A stretch of 64,000 nucleotides of DNA. Origin: Psilocybe cubensis. Lineage: Eukaryota. The position numbers were made by a program, and so were the translations under genes. Below the pieces are notes generated by a model that saw nothing but the letters and a program-made list of their open reading frames with translations, ran no database searches and was not told where the DNA came from. The stretch lies in contig CM038999.1 in the NCBI GenBank assembly GCA_017499595.2, positions 4,216,001 to 4,280,000 on the forward strand, in the 5' to 3' direction. Numbering within the stretch: the stretch's first letter is position 1; each line of letters begins with the position of its first letter. This document shows positions 36,146 to 49,607 of the stretch, one piece after another.

Positions 36146-39100
36146 ATGGAAGGTAAGTAGGGTGTTTTATAGCGGTTACATGTACTAACTGTTTGATTCC
36201 AGATCCATCTGAACCAGCGAAGCGACGCAGGAGGGAAACAGAAGACGATGGTGGACGTGAAGGGCGTGCGAGGCGAAAAGATAACCAGCGATCGGTCACA
36301 GTAGGCGATACAGTCGTGCCACGCAACGCCGACATGAAATTTCCGTGCACACACTGCCGCAAGGAGTACAGTACGCCCTACAGTTTACAGGTGAGCCAGT
36401 TTCCAATCTGTTTTGATTTTTCACGCTAAATCCATACTACAGCGTCACTTTGCTGATTCGCACGCAGAACCGTCGTTGGAGGTTCCCCAGCAGACCTCAG
36501 ACAACGAGCGATCGTTATCTCCACCGTCGCCGGAGCCCATGTTTCCATCGCAGCTCCCTCGCCCATCTTGGGGAGCCGCACCTCCTACAAGAGCCCCACC
36601 TCCCGCTTCACAGCTTCATCCGCCGTCTACGCGCTTGTTTCTTATCCCGCACGCTCCCCGCAGGCAAGCGTCGCCGCGTCCCTTGGGCTCGAGGGCAGGA
36701 TCTCCCCCAACAATGATTCCTGCGCCGGTAACCCCTGCGGCGAGTCGGCCATCTACGCGCACGTTTCTTGGCGCGCGCGCTATCAGCAGCCAGGGGTCGC
36801 CGCATCCGTTGGTCTCGAGCCCAGGATCGCCCCCAACGATGATACCTGGGCCCGTTTCTCCTGCGCCACTGCGCAACATATCTGCGCAGAGGATGACACC
36901 GACACCTCCGGACATGCATCAGCCACCTGCTATTCGAGCCACGCCCACCACTGCGATGGAAGTAGACATTTCGCTCTACGACATTGCACCCGATGACCAC
37001 ACAGTGATCTACGACGACGTGCACAATCTTCCGGCCCTTGGAATTGTGATCAACACTTTTCTCAAGGTTGTTATCTGCATAGAATGTGGCGAAGCGATTG
37101 AGCCGGCGTTGGTCTGCGCACACGTCAAGCAGCACAACGCACACTATACACCAGGCCCCACATTGCTCGAAGATCTTCGGCGGAAATACGGGATCGTGTC
37201 GCTGGCTGAGATAGCCTACAGCGCTGGACCAATCCGTCCGATTTTTGGGATTCCTATCGAGGCTGATCAGCTCCATTTTTGTTCCAAATGCCACCGCGGC
37301 TACAACTTGTTGTTGAGCCTGCGGGGTCACCAGTCTAACGGGCAGCGTTGCCAAGTGCCTATCACGCAGCGCGCTTGCTACACGATGTACGGGCAGATAC
37401 TTACAAAAGGCCCAAGCAAGCGTTATTTTCCAGTCGATACTTCGTGCCTCTCGCTTCGCCAGGACATTCCCTTTGCATACTCGACTGTTTTTGGAACAAC
37501 AATGCCGCCTCCACCCGATTACACACAGTTGCCCGTCCAAGACATTGAGGACCCACAAAATCTGTCCTCGTTTCTCTTCCGCGAAGGATGGCTTGACGCT
37601 GTCAAAGGGTTGACCCCTGTCGACATCCAGGAGGTTACCAGGCTACCAGACGCCAAGACCGAGCCATGGGGCAAACAACTCCAGCTCGCAGCCCATCGCG
37701 CACTGGCCAGCATCCAGCTACTGGTGAACGAACACCATACGTTCGGCATGACGCACAATATTGCTCAGTTCAATCAATCGTAAGTTTAATTGCATTAAAT
37801 CAAAGCTGATATTCACTGCACACGGTAGAAGCAACATGTTGTCAAACAATTTCAACCACATTCAACCTGAGACGCAGCAGCGATACGGAAACATTATTGT
37901 GCGGCTTATTTTCAACGTTTTGCGCACCATGGACCCCGCGTGGACATCTCCCGTGCGCTACCCCTCTCTCGACGCATCTCAGAAAGTAATTTTGCTAGAG
38001 CTACAAGCCAAACTGGATGGCGCAGACAAAAAGCTCATCGACGAGGCATATCAGAAGGCGTGCTACTCATTATTTGCACACGAGCGACGCCAGTACCCGA
38101 TCAGCTCTAAGCTGCGAAAATTCTTCTCGCCCGTCATCTTGTTCGTAGTTTTCTACTCTCTGCGCGCGAACGGGAGCTTCCGCTTGGCGTCAGAGATTAC
38201 GGGCATATGCGCCGCCGTTGAATACTGCATTCGGACGACAATGCTCTTTGAAATCGAAAGAATATCCGAAGAATCCAACGTATCGTCATTCGAGTAAGTT
38301 CCTTACTTTTTTCATGTTCATTTGTTAATATATGGTTCCTAGCGCTCTCAAAAAGGTGGAAAGGTACATCTCAACGGGGCAGGAGACGCCAATGGCGTTT
38401 ATTTACAACGTCCACCGTGTTCTCGCATCCGTGCGCTCAGACGAAGTCACCGCCTCCCAGTTTCGTTTCACGGACAAGAACGGAAGAGAGGTTAGCTGCA
38501 ATGGCCACCTCATATCTCTATCGATGATCAAGAAAATGCACGACGAGGAGCATGTTCGGTATGAGAACATGGTGCAGGATCGTCTCTTTTTTGGCGAAGA
38601 CATACCCAGCGATCTCTTCCCTGAACTCGACCTCGAGAGCATAGTCAACAGCTCCAACAATACATCTGCTGGCTATTGCTTCCTGGACGACCCTCGTAAC
38701 AATTTTTCTGCTTATCGGGACTCTTACGGACGTTGGTTGCTCTCCGACCCTGTGCGAGCCCAGCGTTTCGTTTATATGCATGAAGGCGAACTCGTTTGGA
38801 AGCCTTCTGCCGCCCTTGACCTATTGCGGCGCATGGAACGCGTACGCGAGGTCCTAGCGCCGGGGGTTTCCTACTCGACTCTTCTGCAGGTTCGGGGGTC
38901 GGAATTTGCACGCGCGTTACTCAGGAACACACCCGCAGCCCTACGAAACCTGCGGTTTGAGATGCACTTGCTGGCGCACGTTGCGTTGCAGGACAAGACA
39001 TCGCATCTACATCTCAAGGATCGCCACATTCCTCACGTCATTACCCGCGAGTGGGCAGAGTCCCTCATCCGAAACCTTGCTGTATTTCGCCCGTTTGAAG

Positions 39101-39940
39101 AAGTTCTGGTGGCGAAATTCCTCAACCCCGAAGCACTTCATCGCTATCGCGTTCAGCTTTGGCCGGGCATCAAATCGACGATGACGTCTGAGGCATTCAG
39201 TGCTCGATGTGGCAACATGACAATGCGCTATCTCCTGCAGCCGTTCAAGCCTCTTCGCTGGCGCTCTCTGATCACGGCGTTTGCGCGTTTCTTGCCGGAT
39301 TCTCGCTCATACGAGTCGCAAAAGGAGTTTTTTGTCGACACGGCCATGATGCACTCAACGGCGATGAGCAACAATCGATACGGGCGACATTCTGACCAGG
39401 CATCGCAGTCCGACTTTCGTACAACCATTGGGTGCATCCAGGCCGCTTTAGACATGCAGAAGCATGTTGGGATTGGACAGGCGCGTCCGTTTACGCTCAC
39501 TGTACCGTCCGAGGTACCTGAGACTTCCACTGGCGGCGCTCAAGGTCAGTGGCATAACTAGACCGCAATTTATGCGTTATTAATTTTTATTTAGGAATTG
39601 TACACGACGTTAGCTCGCTGGAGCGCATAGCGCGGTCAGCTATGCTCAAAATCACAGGAAGTTTGGAGGATCGCGTGAAGGAGACCATCCTCGACTCTAT
39701 GGCGGTCGTCATGGCGCAGATTTTGCCCAAGACACCTCGTCCGCTCAACGAGAACAACCTCCGCCCTGTTGCAGACATTGACCCCCACCCCTCGCGCCTA
39801 CGCTCTCTGCGTCAATTCCTCAAGCGGCCTGCAGCGAACTTTAGCTGCCCCGAGCAGGCGCTCCTCCTGGAGCTCATGTGCCGCGGGCAGCAGAGCGTGC
39901 TGGGTATCTTGGGCACGGGCAAGGGAAAGACGATGCTAGT
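36146..39940 (+). pseudogene. Telomere-linked helicase-like gene: C2H2 finger + DUF3505-like Cys/His domain + tyrosine-recombinase-like domain + start of RecQ/SF2 helicase, truncated at Walker A
   Basis: Spliced CTHCRKEYSTPYSLQ|RHFADSH finger; ICIECGEAI..HVKQH; RGSE...DK...WR...MHS...RYG; F.CPEQ...SVLGILGTGKGKT, then repeat R. Short GT-AG introns at 36153, 36391, 37780, 38294, 39544. Confidence 0.7.
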
Positions 39941-40690
39941 CTAAGCTTATTCCCCCCCGAAGGGGGGGCCTTCGTTGCATTGGGTCTCCTGTGCAGAATT
40001 CTTGAAATCTGATGCCAGATTCGGATTCCTCGACCTCAAAAACCCCCAAATCCACTTTTAAAATATTTTATTTTGTACATACAGAGGTGCTATGTAATTA
40101 AATATGTAATTTACCGAGGCCGGCCTCCAAATTGATGGAGGCCACTGGAGGCCGGCCTCCAAATTGATGGAGGTCACTGGAGGCCGGCCTCCAAATTGAT
40201 GGAGGTTACTGGAGGCCGGCCTCCGTCTAAAAATAAAATTTGACAGGCACTGGAGGCCGGCCTCCGTCTAAAAATAAACGTGTTGAGGCCACCTGAGGCC
40301 GGCCTCGATTCGTACGCGCGTACAACACGCTAGTGGAGGCCGGTCTCCTGCCTGTGCTCGCTGCCCCAACGTCTTCGCTCGCTGCCCCCGACGCCTTTGC
40401 TCGCCGCTGCGTGTCGTTGCGCCGCCACCCCCCGGGCCGCTGCCACCTCAACTCGTCACCTGTCGCTGCCGCCGCGCCGCCTCCACTCGCCGCCCACAGC
40501 GACACGGCATTCTGCTGCGTGTCGTTGCACCGCCACCCCCACGCTGATGCCGCCGCTGCCGCCTCCCCACTGCTGCCGCCTCTACCACGCCGCCTCGTGA
40601 GTTGTTGTGTTCTGTTTGTTGCTCGACATCTTCACCGCCGTGCGCGGAGTTTGAATGTCCCTGACAACAGCAGGGACAAACAACAAGACA
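39941..40690. mobile_element. Repeat R copy 2
   Basis: CTAAGCTTATT-C7-GAA-G7, the shared core and ~31-bp tandem units with GGAGGCCGGCCTCC. Confidence 0.65.
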
Positions 40691-42599
40691 TTTGTCGTCT
40701 TCTACCACCATCTCTTTCCCAACCACTTGAACGACAACATGAACATTACAAGAGGCTGGGAATATGCAATTGGAAAGATGGGACGCAAGGTAGCAAGGCA
40801 GAGGCACAAAGCAGGGAGAGGCATTAGGTGAGCGGTTCACGTTTGATTTTTGATTTTTTTGTGACTCGAGAACACCCACAACCCTCCCCTCTCCACCGCT
40901 ATCACCCTGAATTTCCTATTATGCTGGCACATACTTAACATTGACACCGCTGCAGCTGCACAGCATCCACATACATATATGCGAGACCTTGTTGTACTGC
41001 CAGCATCGTGAAAGACCGCGACCTCAACTTGAAGAGGGGGCAATGTCTTGCCTTATTCGGCATCGAAACTCGCGGCGGTCTGGAATGTGGTGTTGCATGG
41101 CGCAGTCACTGCAAGGGGTGTTAATCATAGATAGGTTAGTGATTTGAACAACATATGACCCGCTCTGTTACTCACCGTCGTTTTCCCATCCTTCAACCCT
41201 AAACCCGCAAAACACGTCGTCTCGTTCATTTCGTCTCGCTTCACCTCCTTCGTTTTTAGTGCGTGTTATGTCTAGTTTAAATCCCTTTGTCGACCCTCTT
41301 TCTTCCCTGTCAAAAGTACCACAGTAAACAGATACCTGGTGTATACAAAGGGTGGCACCTGCAACAATGCACAGTGTAGACAAACATGAGCGGCATTCTG
41401 TGCGTGTTTCTTTTCTTTCCGCCTTTTGGTTCATTTACTTGCCGCCATGAAAACAGCCTGGACAGACTGACCAACAACGACGCAACGACGCTCATCGTGA
41501 AGGACATGTTTTGGCTGGAAAGGATGCCGGATGATGTGTGCGGTGAGTTCTTTTTCTTACACCCACACTGCCCTTGAAACCCGCGCATCCACCCAGTTCC
41601 CATCGTCTGTGTACCATCAATTCCATCTCATTTCAATCCCCATCCCGACCTTCGCTGACACCAAGACGCTCTCACCCCGAGTCGTCTTGACCTCCACTGG
41701 CACCATATCATGTAGGAACAGCGCAACCTTGAATTGCATTGTCGATACGAAGTGGTATGCCTTGTAGTTCAAGAAGATTTCAGGGGAGGGGAGATCGAGG
41801 TGCCACGCATGCTTAATGGTGTGCTGCTCCGCAAAATTGTTACACACCTGGTACACCATTAACGGTTAACGTGCTCGCCATACGAGGTAGCGAACACCCC
41901 GAGGCGATACGAGTGCATACACGCACTCAGATCTGAACATCGATGGTCTTTACAAGATGGTAGACACGTGTGGGTCTGTAGGGGGATAGACTGGATGTGG
42001 AAATGCATTGTGTTGTCGATCTTGAGGATAAGTTAAAAGTCAGCGCAAGGGTTTGAGATGGGGGAGTTGTGACGGAGTACGCATGTTTCTGGGAGATCGT
42101 CGATCGTGAGTTACTGGTTGTGTTTGTTCGTCTGTTGCTTACCTTTCTTACCCTTTCCACCTTCAATCCTCCTTCGCACGCGACTTTTCAGCATCCAAAA
42201 TTTGGCCCACCGAGACTGATATCCGCACCACTACCCAGGATAAAGGTGTTCACTAACAAAAAAAACACTTTGTGGACCTAAAAAACATGTCCCGGAGAGT
42301 ATACAGATGAACGTGCTTTTGGTAGTCAATGGTATCTACTGGATAATTCCGCCTCTTTCCTCCCTTACTTCCCCTCCCTTCTATCCCGCTCCATCTCCTA
42401 CGTGTTCCCCTCCAGATCACAACCACCTCGAAAAATCTCATCACATCGGATGCAAAGGCCCTCCATGCATCCAAAGTCGTGCGAGCGCAGGTTGTCTCGA
42501 GGTGGGTAGCGCGGTATGCTCCTCTTTCTCCGATCTTTGTCTCTTTGCATGGTAAATTCCATCTCGCTGTGTTACGCCTATCCCACTCTGTGTGATTTT

Positions 42600-44700
42600 G
42601 ACGCTCTCGTCCTACCACATCACGACAGCCTATGCATATTTACATATTGCTCACGTCTGCGGTGCACGCAGTGGGTGTTGTACCCGCTGTGGTGTATTTG
42701 TACCTGCGGTTGTATGTTTATGGATGTTTCGTTTCAGCTGTTTGTGTGCGGGTGTGAGGATTTGGGTAGGGGGGTGGAAAGTAGACAATATAAGATGGAG
42801 ATGAGTGTCATTGAATGGAAAGGCTGGAGTGGAAATAGGAATGCTGTGAGTGACAATGTAGACACCCCACCACCTGAAAAGACAGTGCCGTCCAACCCCT
42901 CTGCTTTTTGTCCACCATGAGATTTGCCTGGCCCGCGTGTTTCGACCACGATAGGTAAGATCATAAGATGCATGACGAGCGCAGCGGGGCGGTGAGTAAC
43001 CCTGTGGACAAAGATACACGACTACTCACCGTGTCCTCATCTTTGAGAGTTTTAGTACTCCTCCAGCAATGACCTGTGAGTGTGTCCGGGTCAGTGACTA
43101 GACACACCTATACGGGATTACTCACCTTTGATTGTCATAGGTGACCATGACCTGCCATGCAAACAGCGTCTCAACAACGCTATCATACGACGTGGCAACG
43201 TGCAGGCTTGCAGACCGTCCGCGGCGCTCTTGATCACGGTGAGTAGTCGTATATCTCTGTCTACAGCTATTCTGTTTCACTTAATACCCCGCTGCGCTCG
43301 TTGTGCATGCTGTATGTTGTAGTCAATAAATGCGGCGGCCGCGTCTGGTGTTCTTGTCAGGCGAATATAGCGTATTTTGCGTACGTATTATAGAGCAATA
43401 CTCACCCGCGTTCACAGCATATATGTTGATGGTGTTTGACACGGGTCTCTCTCAACGTCTGCGGTGTGCAATAAGCAAGGCAACAGGTCAGTACGTGATT
43501 TCTGTGCATGGATGTGCGCTACTCACCCTTGTTTCAAGGATACACTCTTCGCTTCCGTGACGTTGACTGGGTCTGTCTGTCCTCGACGTGCATGCTGGAC
43601 TTCTTGTCAACTTTTGTGGTGCGGTTTGGAACTGTGACGACTCTGCAGTAGCCATTCAAGGTCTGTTACTGTCTCTTCTGTAATGATATCAAATGAACTC
43701 ACCCTTGTTCTAGCCTCCTCAAATTTCTCCATCGGCAACAATGACGTCGTCACTCGACGAGCATGAGGTGTTGGACAGTGCAGCAAGGTGGTCAGAGGCT
43801 CTAATACATTGTCAACCAATCACGCCAAAGCATTCACGAATCACCGTGGCACCGCTGGAGAACAGGACAGGCAGGATGGGGGGGGGCATCTGTAATGTGC
43901 ACCGGCAAGCGTGTATCAACTGGTCGGTATGTCAGTCCGTATTCAGCCTTTAGCAATCTTTCTGCGCGGCGGGGTCCCTTATTGACGTGCAAGCTTTGCT
44001 AGAGAGTGTGAAATGCCGATTGGTGAGCTCCGGGGGTGTCTGCGCATGCAATCACATTTCGGGTACGTTAGCTCTTTTTTTATGTATTGGACAGCGTTGC
44101 TTATCTGTGTTTTAGTAAACATGTCGATGGGGTTTGCAATACGTCTCTTCTCGACGTCTGCGGTGTGCAGGACAAGGTAACAGGTCAGTACGTGTTTTCT
44201 GTGTAAAAGTGGGCGCAACTCACCCTTGTTTCTCAAGCTTTCTCTCACATCGACAGTTCCCGGCGTATGTTGCGCCCTGGACCTCCTCTGGCGCGCTTTA
44301 GACATGGACATAGCGGTTGGGTAAGTGTGGCAGTACTGCAGTAGACATTCAAGCTGTATTAGCATTTGTTCTATGCACAACATCAGACATACTCACCTTA
44401 GGTTTAGCATCTTCAAAGTCGTTGCCATCGTCGAACAAGGCACCCGGGACCCTTATAAATGTACAAGGTCTGCTGGAGAGGTTCCCGAGCCATGGAGCTT
44501 TGGAGATGGTTTGACAGATTCTTGATATTCGTGCTTTGGGTTATTCTAAGAACCTGCAATCTGTATCACAATTTCAGAACTTGAGAACTGGATTATTTAG
44601 CATGTACCTGTGTCTCATTGTGTGTTGTGTTCCAATTCTATTAAAATGCTTGAATTGAATACAAGATGAATGAGTTTTAAAGATTGCAATAAGTGCAACC
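42600..44700 (-). pseudogene. Possible decayed multi-exon gene with an internally repeated exon (HTADV)
   Basis: Many minus-strand splice donors (ACTCAC/CTTAC on +) and a repeated CGTCTGCGGTG(T)GCA at ~42654, 43457 and 44155. No recognisable family. Confidence 0.3.
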
Positions 44701-44737
44701 TGCATGAGATTTGTGCTTCAACAATTGTAACACCAAC

Positions 44738-44902
44738 ACCACAAAGCACATATTAGCTTTGGTTAGGGTTTATGGTTTAGGGTGACCACAAAAATACATA
44801 TTAGGATGGTTTAGGGTTTAGGTTTTAGGGTTGGTTGGGATTTGATATACCACAAAAGCACAGATTAGTCCGGTTAGGGTTGGGTAGGGTTGGTTAGGGT
44901 TG
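44738..44902 (+). repeat. Degenerate telomere-like repeats interleaved with an ACCACAAA(A)GCACA.ATTAG unit
   Basis: TTAGGG/TTTAGGG variants in three blocks, each preceded by the ACCACAAA unit. Confidence 0.7.
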
Positions 44903-45062
44903 GTATTTTAGCGCCCAAACCTCTCACACGCCCACTGCCCATGGCCACTCCTTCCATCCATCACCAATACCACCGCATACCCCTCCGCAGAAGTCTTGAC
45001 AGCAAAGAATTGCGCCATTGTTCGGTTACTTCTCGACCAATCGCGCATGTTCAGGCGATTTT

Positions 45063-45376
45063 GAACTTCTCCATTCCATCCCCGTCCTCATCTGGAGGTG
45101 CCTTGTCGCTGAGAATGCCTGGTATGTTACTGAGTTACACTCTACATCAGCAATACACACAATGATTTTGAATTTTCCTTATTTTCATACAGTGTTGTTG
45201 ACGAAGAACACGAACACGAACACAAACACAAACACAAACACAAACACAAACACAAACACAAACACTAAATCTAGCATGCGCAGGTGGAGGATGGTATAGC
45301 GAGGGTGGCAAGACACCCCACCCTCAACGCTGATGGGCTGTATGCGCATGTATCAGCCTTGATGTTGACGAGTACT
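45063..45376 (+). repeat. Dispersed ~300 bp repeat, copy 1 (copy 2 at ~51993-52282)
   Basis: Collinear similarity from AACTTCTCCAT.CCAT to TGATGTTGACGAGTAC; copy 1 has an expanded (AACACA)n. Confidence 0.8.
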
Positions 45377-45949
45377 TCAACATGTTCACCGCCGTGAGTC
45401 CATACGAGGGTTGTGGAGCACTCGGTTGAGTAGCATGAGGCTCAATGCAATGCCAGTGTCAACAAGAGTGTGCGCGGGGTGGGAAGCAGCATGACGTCCG
45501 TCCTGTGTCCTCTCGCCTGCCATCTCGATACACAAACTGTCACTTGGTTGAGTATCATCAGTAATGAATGCGAATATCAGCGACCGACCGTGTGGGGCAG
45601 GAAGCAGCATGTCCCCCGTTCTGTATTTCTCTTGTCTGTCTCAACACACACCATCAACGAGTTGTCTACAATGGTGCGCAAGAGTCCTTTGGAGACACAA
45701 ATTCCTTACCGTACCATATCTTCAGTATCCTTCAAGCGACGGGTGCATGCCTCCGTCAAGGCCGAGCGTCCGCACCTTTCTCGGACTCGCTCCTCAACCA
45801 CTTCAACATTTCGAATCCACACGAGGGCGGCGGAGCACTTGGTCGATGTCAACAAGCCACCACGCGGGGCAAAAACGCATCCTGTACATCCTACTATTTG
45901 ACTCGACACCCACGCCGTCACCGACTTGTCCACAACGGTGCGCAAGTGC

Positions 45950-46640
45950 GCTGCTGTGTGTGTGAGGATGGAGAGGTCAGTCTTGGCATTAAAAACCCAT
46001 GGCGGATGACTTATCTTGTGTGCACCCGACGAGGCGCAGTGTGAATGTGAGGGGCCGCGTGCCGCCATGGCTTGCAGCCTGGGACGTGTCGTAAAGAGGT
46101 GAGTTTAGCAAAAAGTAGACTTTTTCGCACCTAGTATACTGCCGCATCTTTTAGGTGTTTGATGGGGCGCTGGGATGGTGTCGGACGGTGAGCGTGGGCG
46201 TTGTTGCTGTGTGTGTATGTGCAGATGGAAAGGTGAGTCTTGGCATTAAAAGTATGACGGATTACTCACCCTCCATCATCATCGAGGGGCTGTGTGCCGC
46301 CGTGGCTCGTTCCGGCTCTTGCTCTTGTGCAAACTGGGGACGCGTCGTAAAGAGGTGAGTTAGCAAATAGCAGACTTTTGCGCACATCATATTCTGCCCT
46401 ACATCTCCCAAAGGTCGTTAGCGGGCCGCTGGGATGGTGTTGGATGGCGAGCAGAGACGTTTCTGCTCTATATGTGTAGGTTAGTCGTGGCATTAAAATC
46501 ATGACAGAGTACTCACCCTGCATTATCGTTGAGGAGCCCGTGGCTCGTTCAGTCTCTTGCTCTTGTGCAACCTGGGGACGCGTCATAAAGAGGTGAGTTT
46601 AGCAAATGACAGGCTTTTCACGTACCTAGCATACTTTCGC
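45950..46640. repeat. Three diverged ~230-250 bp tandem repeats
   Basis: Repeated GGCATTAAAA...ACTCACCC...GGGACGCGTCGTAAAGAGGTGAGTT(T)AGCAAA. Confidence 0.75.
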
Positions 46641-49607
46641 ACATGTCCTTCAAGTCGTTGGTAGAACGCTGGGTTGGATTCGGGCGGCGAGCGTGGTGTG
46701 CATCGCAGTGTGCAGTCTACACAACCCAGTTAGCCACTGTACAAACTACACTGTGCAAGACTCACCGAGGGCTGCGAATGAAAGTGGGGAACTCAGGGAT
46801 ACCCGGTCAGCTCTCCCCTCCTTTTATAAAATTCTGTACCCCTTGTATATCTGCATTAGTGTCCATGTTTAATGTCATGCTTTTCTGCCCGCAGTTCAAT
46901 GGGGAAATGTGCAAAACGACAACTTGTCGGCGCTAAGCGAGAGGTTGAGTGACATACTTGGTTCATCTTTTGCTCGATGTACATCTCCCCCTGTGTGTTA
47001 GATTTTCAATATTTGAGATTCACATGCTCGCTCTCAGAGTGTCGGCCTGAAACTTGACACTTTTGGAGTGTCATTGGTGTAGTTTCTGTTGCTCAATTTT
47101 AGGACAATGCCCGTCTAACCAAAAAACACACAGTCTGTTTTCTAGGTGTTTAATCGAGGAGAGCTGTGTATCTCCCATCGTATATTCTATTCCTGAGCTC
47201 TGTAAATCCTCTACGCAAGGGCTGATGACACACGCGTACTGGGTTATACAATATGGAGTGGGTATTTACACAGGAACAAGCTAAATTCAATCCGATTGCG
47301 TCGATCGCACCATATCGCAAGTGGAATTCAACGTGAACCACTTTCCATGTTGAAGAAATCTATGTTGCATTCCAGCATACGTAGCGCCGGATGTAAATCC
47401 GTGATGGACGGAGAATCCAGGGCTGAGCGAGAAACGAGCGTTTTGGAGCGCAGGAATTGGGAGAGTTGGGGATGGAGGAGAATGCCCTTGTCTGCATGTT
47501 GGTGCAGGTATGTTGCTGCTCTAATTTTTTTCCAGGATTCTGAGCTCGAGTTGGTCTATCTATTGCACCTCCAGCTGCCGCTCTCTAGCGCTCCTGAATT
47601 CCAGTTTTGTCTTATTTCATGCGTATTTGAGACGTTTGATGAGATATTCAAGAATCGTCAATGAGTTGAAGCGAATCTCGACCCCCTCACCTGTGTGCAA
47701 ACTCGGACTCATGGTAGCGTAATAATCCCTGTTTCAATCATTTAATTCAACTCAATTATGACGATAAACGCCGTTCTCCATGCAGAACTGCTGGGCATGC
47801 CTCGTTATGTTCACGGACTCTGGTCAGTGTTTCTTGTCTTCTCGTTTACATCTTTGCTGATAGGTGTCGTAACAATGTCCAGGAAATTCAGATTGTCGTA
47901 TACCTACAGGCGAAGCAATCGTTTGTAAACGAGAGATAGGGCAAATGGGGGATGGAGGAGGTATGGCAATCAAGATTGAGACCATCAAGTTCAGTAAGTT
48001 TTGGGAAGACTTTGTGTTTGTGAATTGATGTTCTACCTTTGACAATTTCATATAGAGAACCTTTCCGTGGCTTGGAGAGATACGACGCAAGATTTGCAGT
48101 TTTGCGCAAAGATTGAAATTGTGACATCAAGGTGTGCATCTTCAAGTTGTTGAACAACCGTCGACTATTCTTCATTCACAGAAATGGTAGTCATCACATA
48201 CCTTCTTCATTCATAGCACATACCATCTCGTACCAGGCCATTTCAGTCATCTACAAGCACGGGAGAAGCACCGGAATAACAGGGTAGGCTTTTCGTGCCT
48301 TCAATCTCGAATCGACTAATTGTCCATCTACCAAACATTTCAGCTCACATTATTTGCCTGAGTATGGTGAGATGCTGAGATACTCAGATGAGATACAGAA
48401 GAAACGGTGTTTGGAATGGAAAATATTGGCGAAGAGGGCCAGGAGGAACAGATTGGATCACTTGGACTCCAATGTACTCTGTTGGTTCCGCCGTTGGATT
48501 TGAGGCGGCATAGTCAGTGAATGGGTGAGCTCATTTAGTATACATCTGAATGACATACTTTTACCCTGTAATTGGTTCGTTTACACTGTTTGAACAGTGG
48601 TTCAACGGCGGCTAGGCAAATATCTCGAGAATCCGGTGAGTTTTTAATTTTCAAAAAATCTTTCAATAACGCATTTAAACTTGACTCTCAGTACTACCTA
48701 TACACCCATACTGCTGGATAACAGCTAAACCGCAGGGAAATGGGATAATAGAGCAAGGTATGCCATACCCATTCCTTGATTAAATGTATATTGGCATTCA
48801 AACCTTTCGGCCAATCTCGAATGTGTCTAGTCTTCACAGAATGTCGTGATACTCGCCCGAGATGCGGGGAGAATGCGTTTTTTACGCTAGAAACGACAAT
48901 TGGAGCTGGAGGACAAGACCCGGATGATATGCATCCGCGTCTGCTCGTCATCTTTGAAACAAACCGCGATTAGCTTGGGCTGTCGATACTTTATGTGTGA
49001 GTGGCTACTTTATATTGTATTTGACTACTTAATAAGCCTACTGGGCACAGAGAACACACATGGCAAGTGCAAAATACACGAATATTGTGGAAATGACGGT
49101 TTGGGCGCTTAACGAATGACAAGTTCAAATTTTATTCAGAGGTCTTTTAAAGTATGTACCCGTCTTCTAAATACCTACTATAACAGCTTTATTACAGAAC
49201 CACTCGTATATCTCTCGGAACAGCCGCAGATTCTCTGTTTTTTGAAAGGTACACATGAGCTGGAATCTCAACTTTGGAATGCGTTGAACTCGGGCTCACG
49301 GTGATACAGCGTTGAAACATCTCGATTTGTGTATCCCCGGATGCTCTGTCTGGAAGCAGGGATGGTAGGTAGAAGCAATAAATGTTCAGAATCGCAGGGC
49401 AGGAGGAGCGGCTAGGCTTTGGCGGAAAGGGATGTCATTTTCTTTCATTAGGTTTGAATAGAGTAGTCCAGGCTCTTTACAGCTGGAATAGTGTCTATAT
49501 ACATTTAATTCGTGTCAATCGACGTGAGGTGTAAAGGTGTTTGAGAACAACATGCCCGAATTTCAATCCAAATACTTATATTGATCGCTATGTACTAGAC
49601 TAATTCA

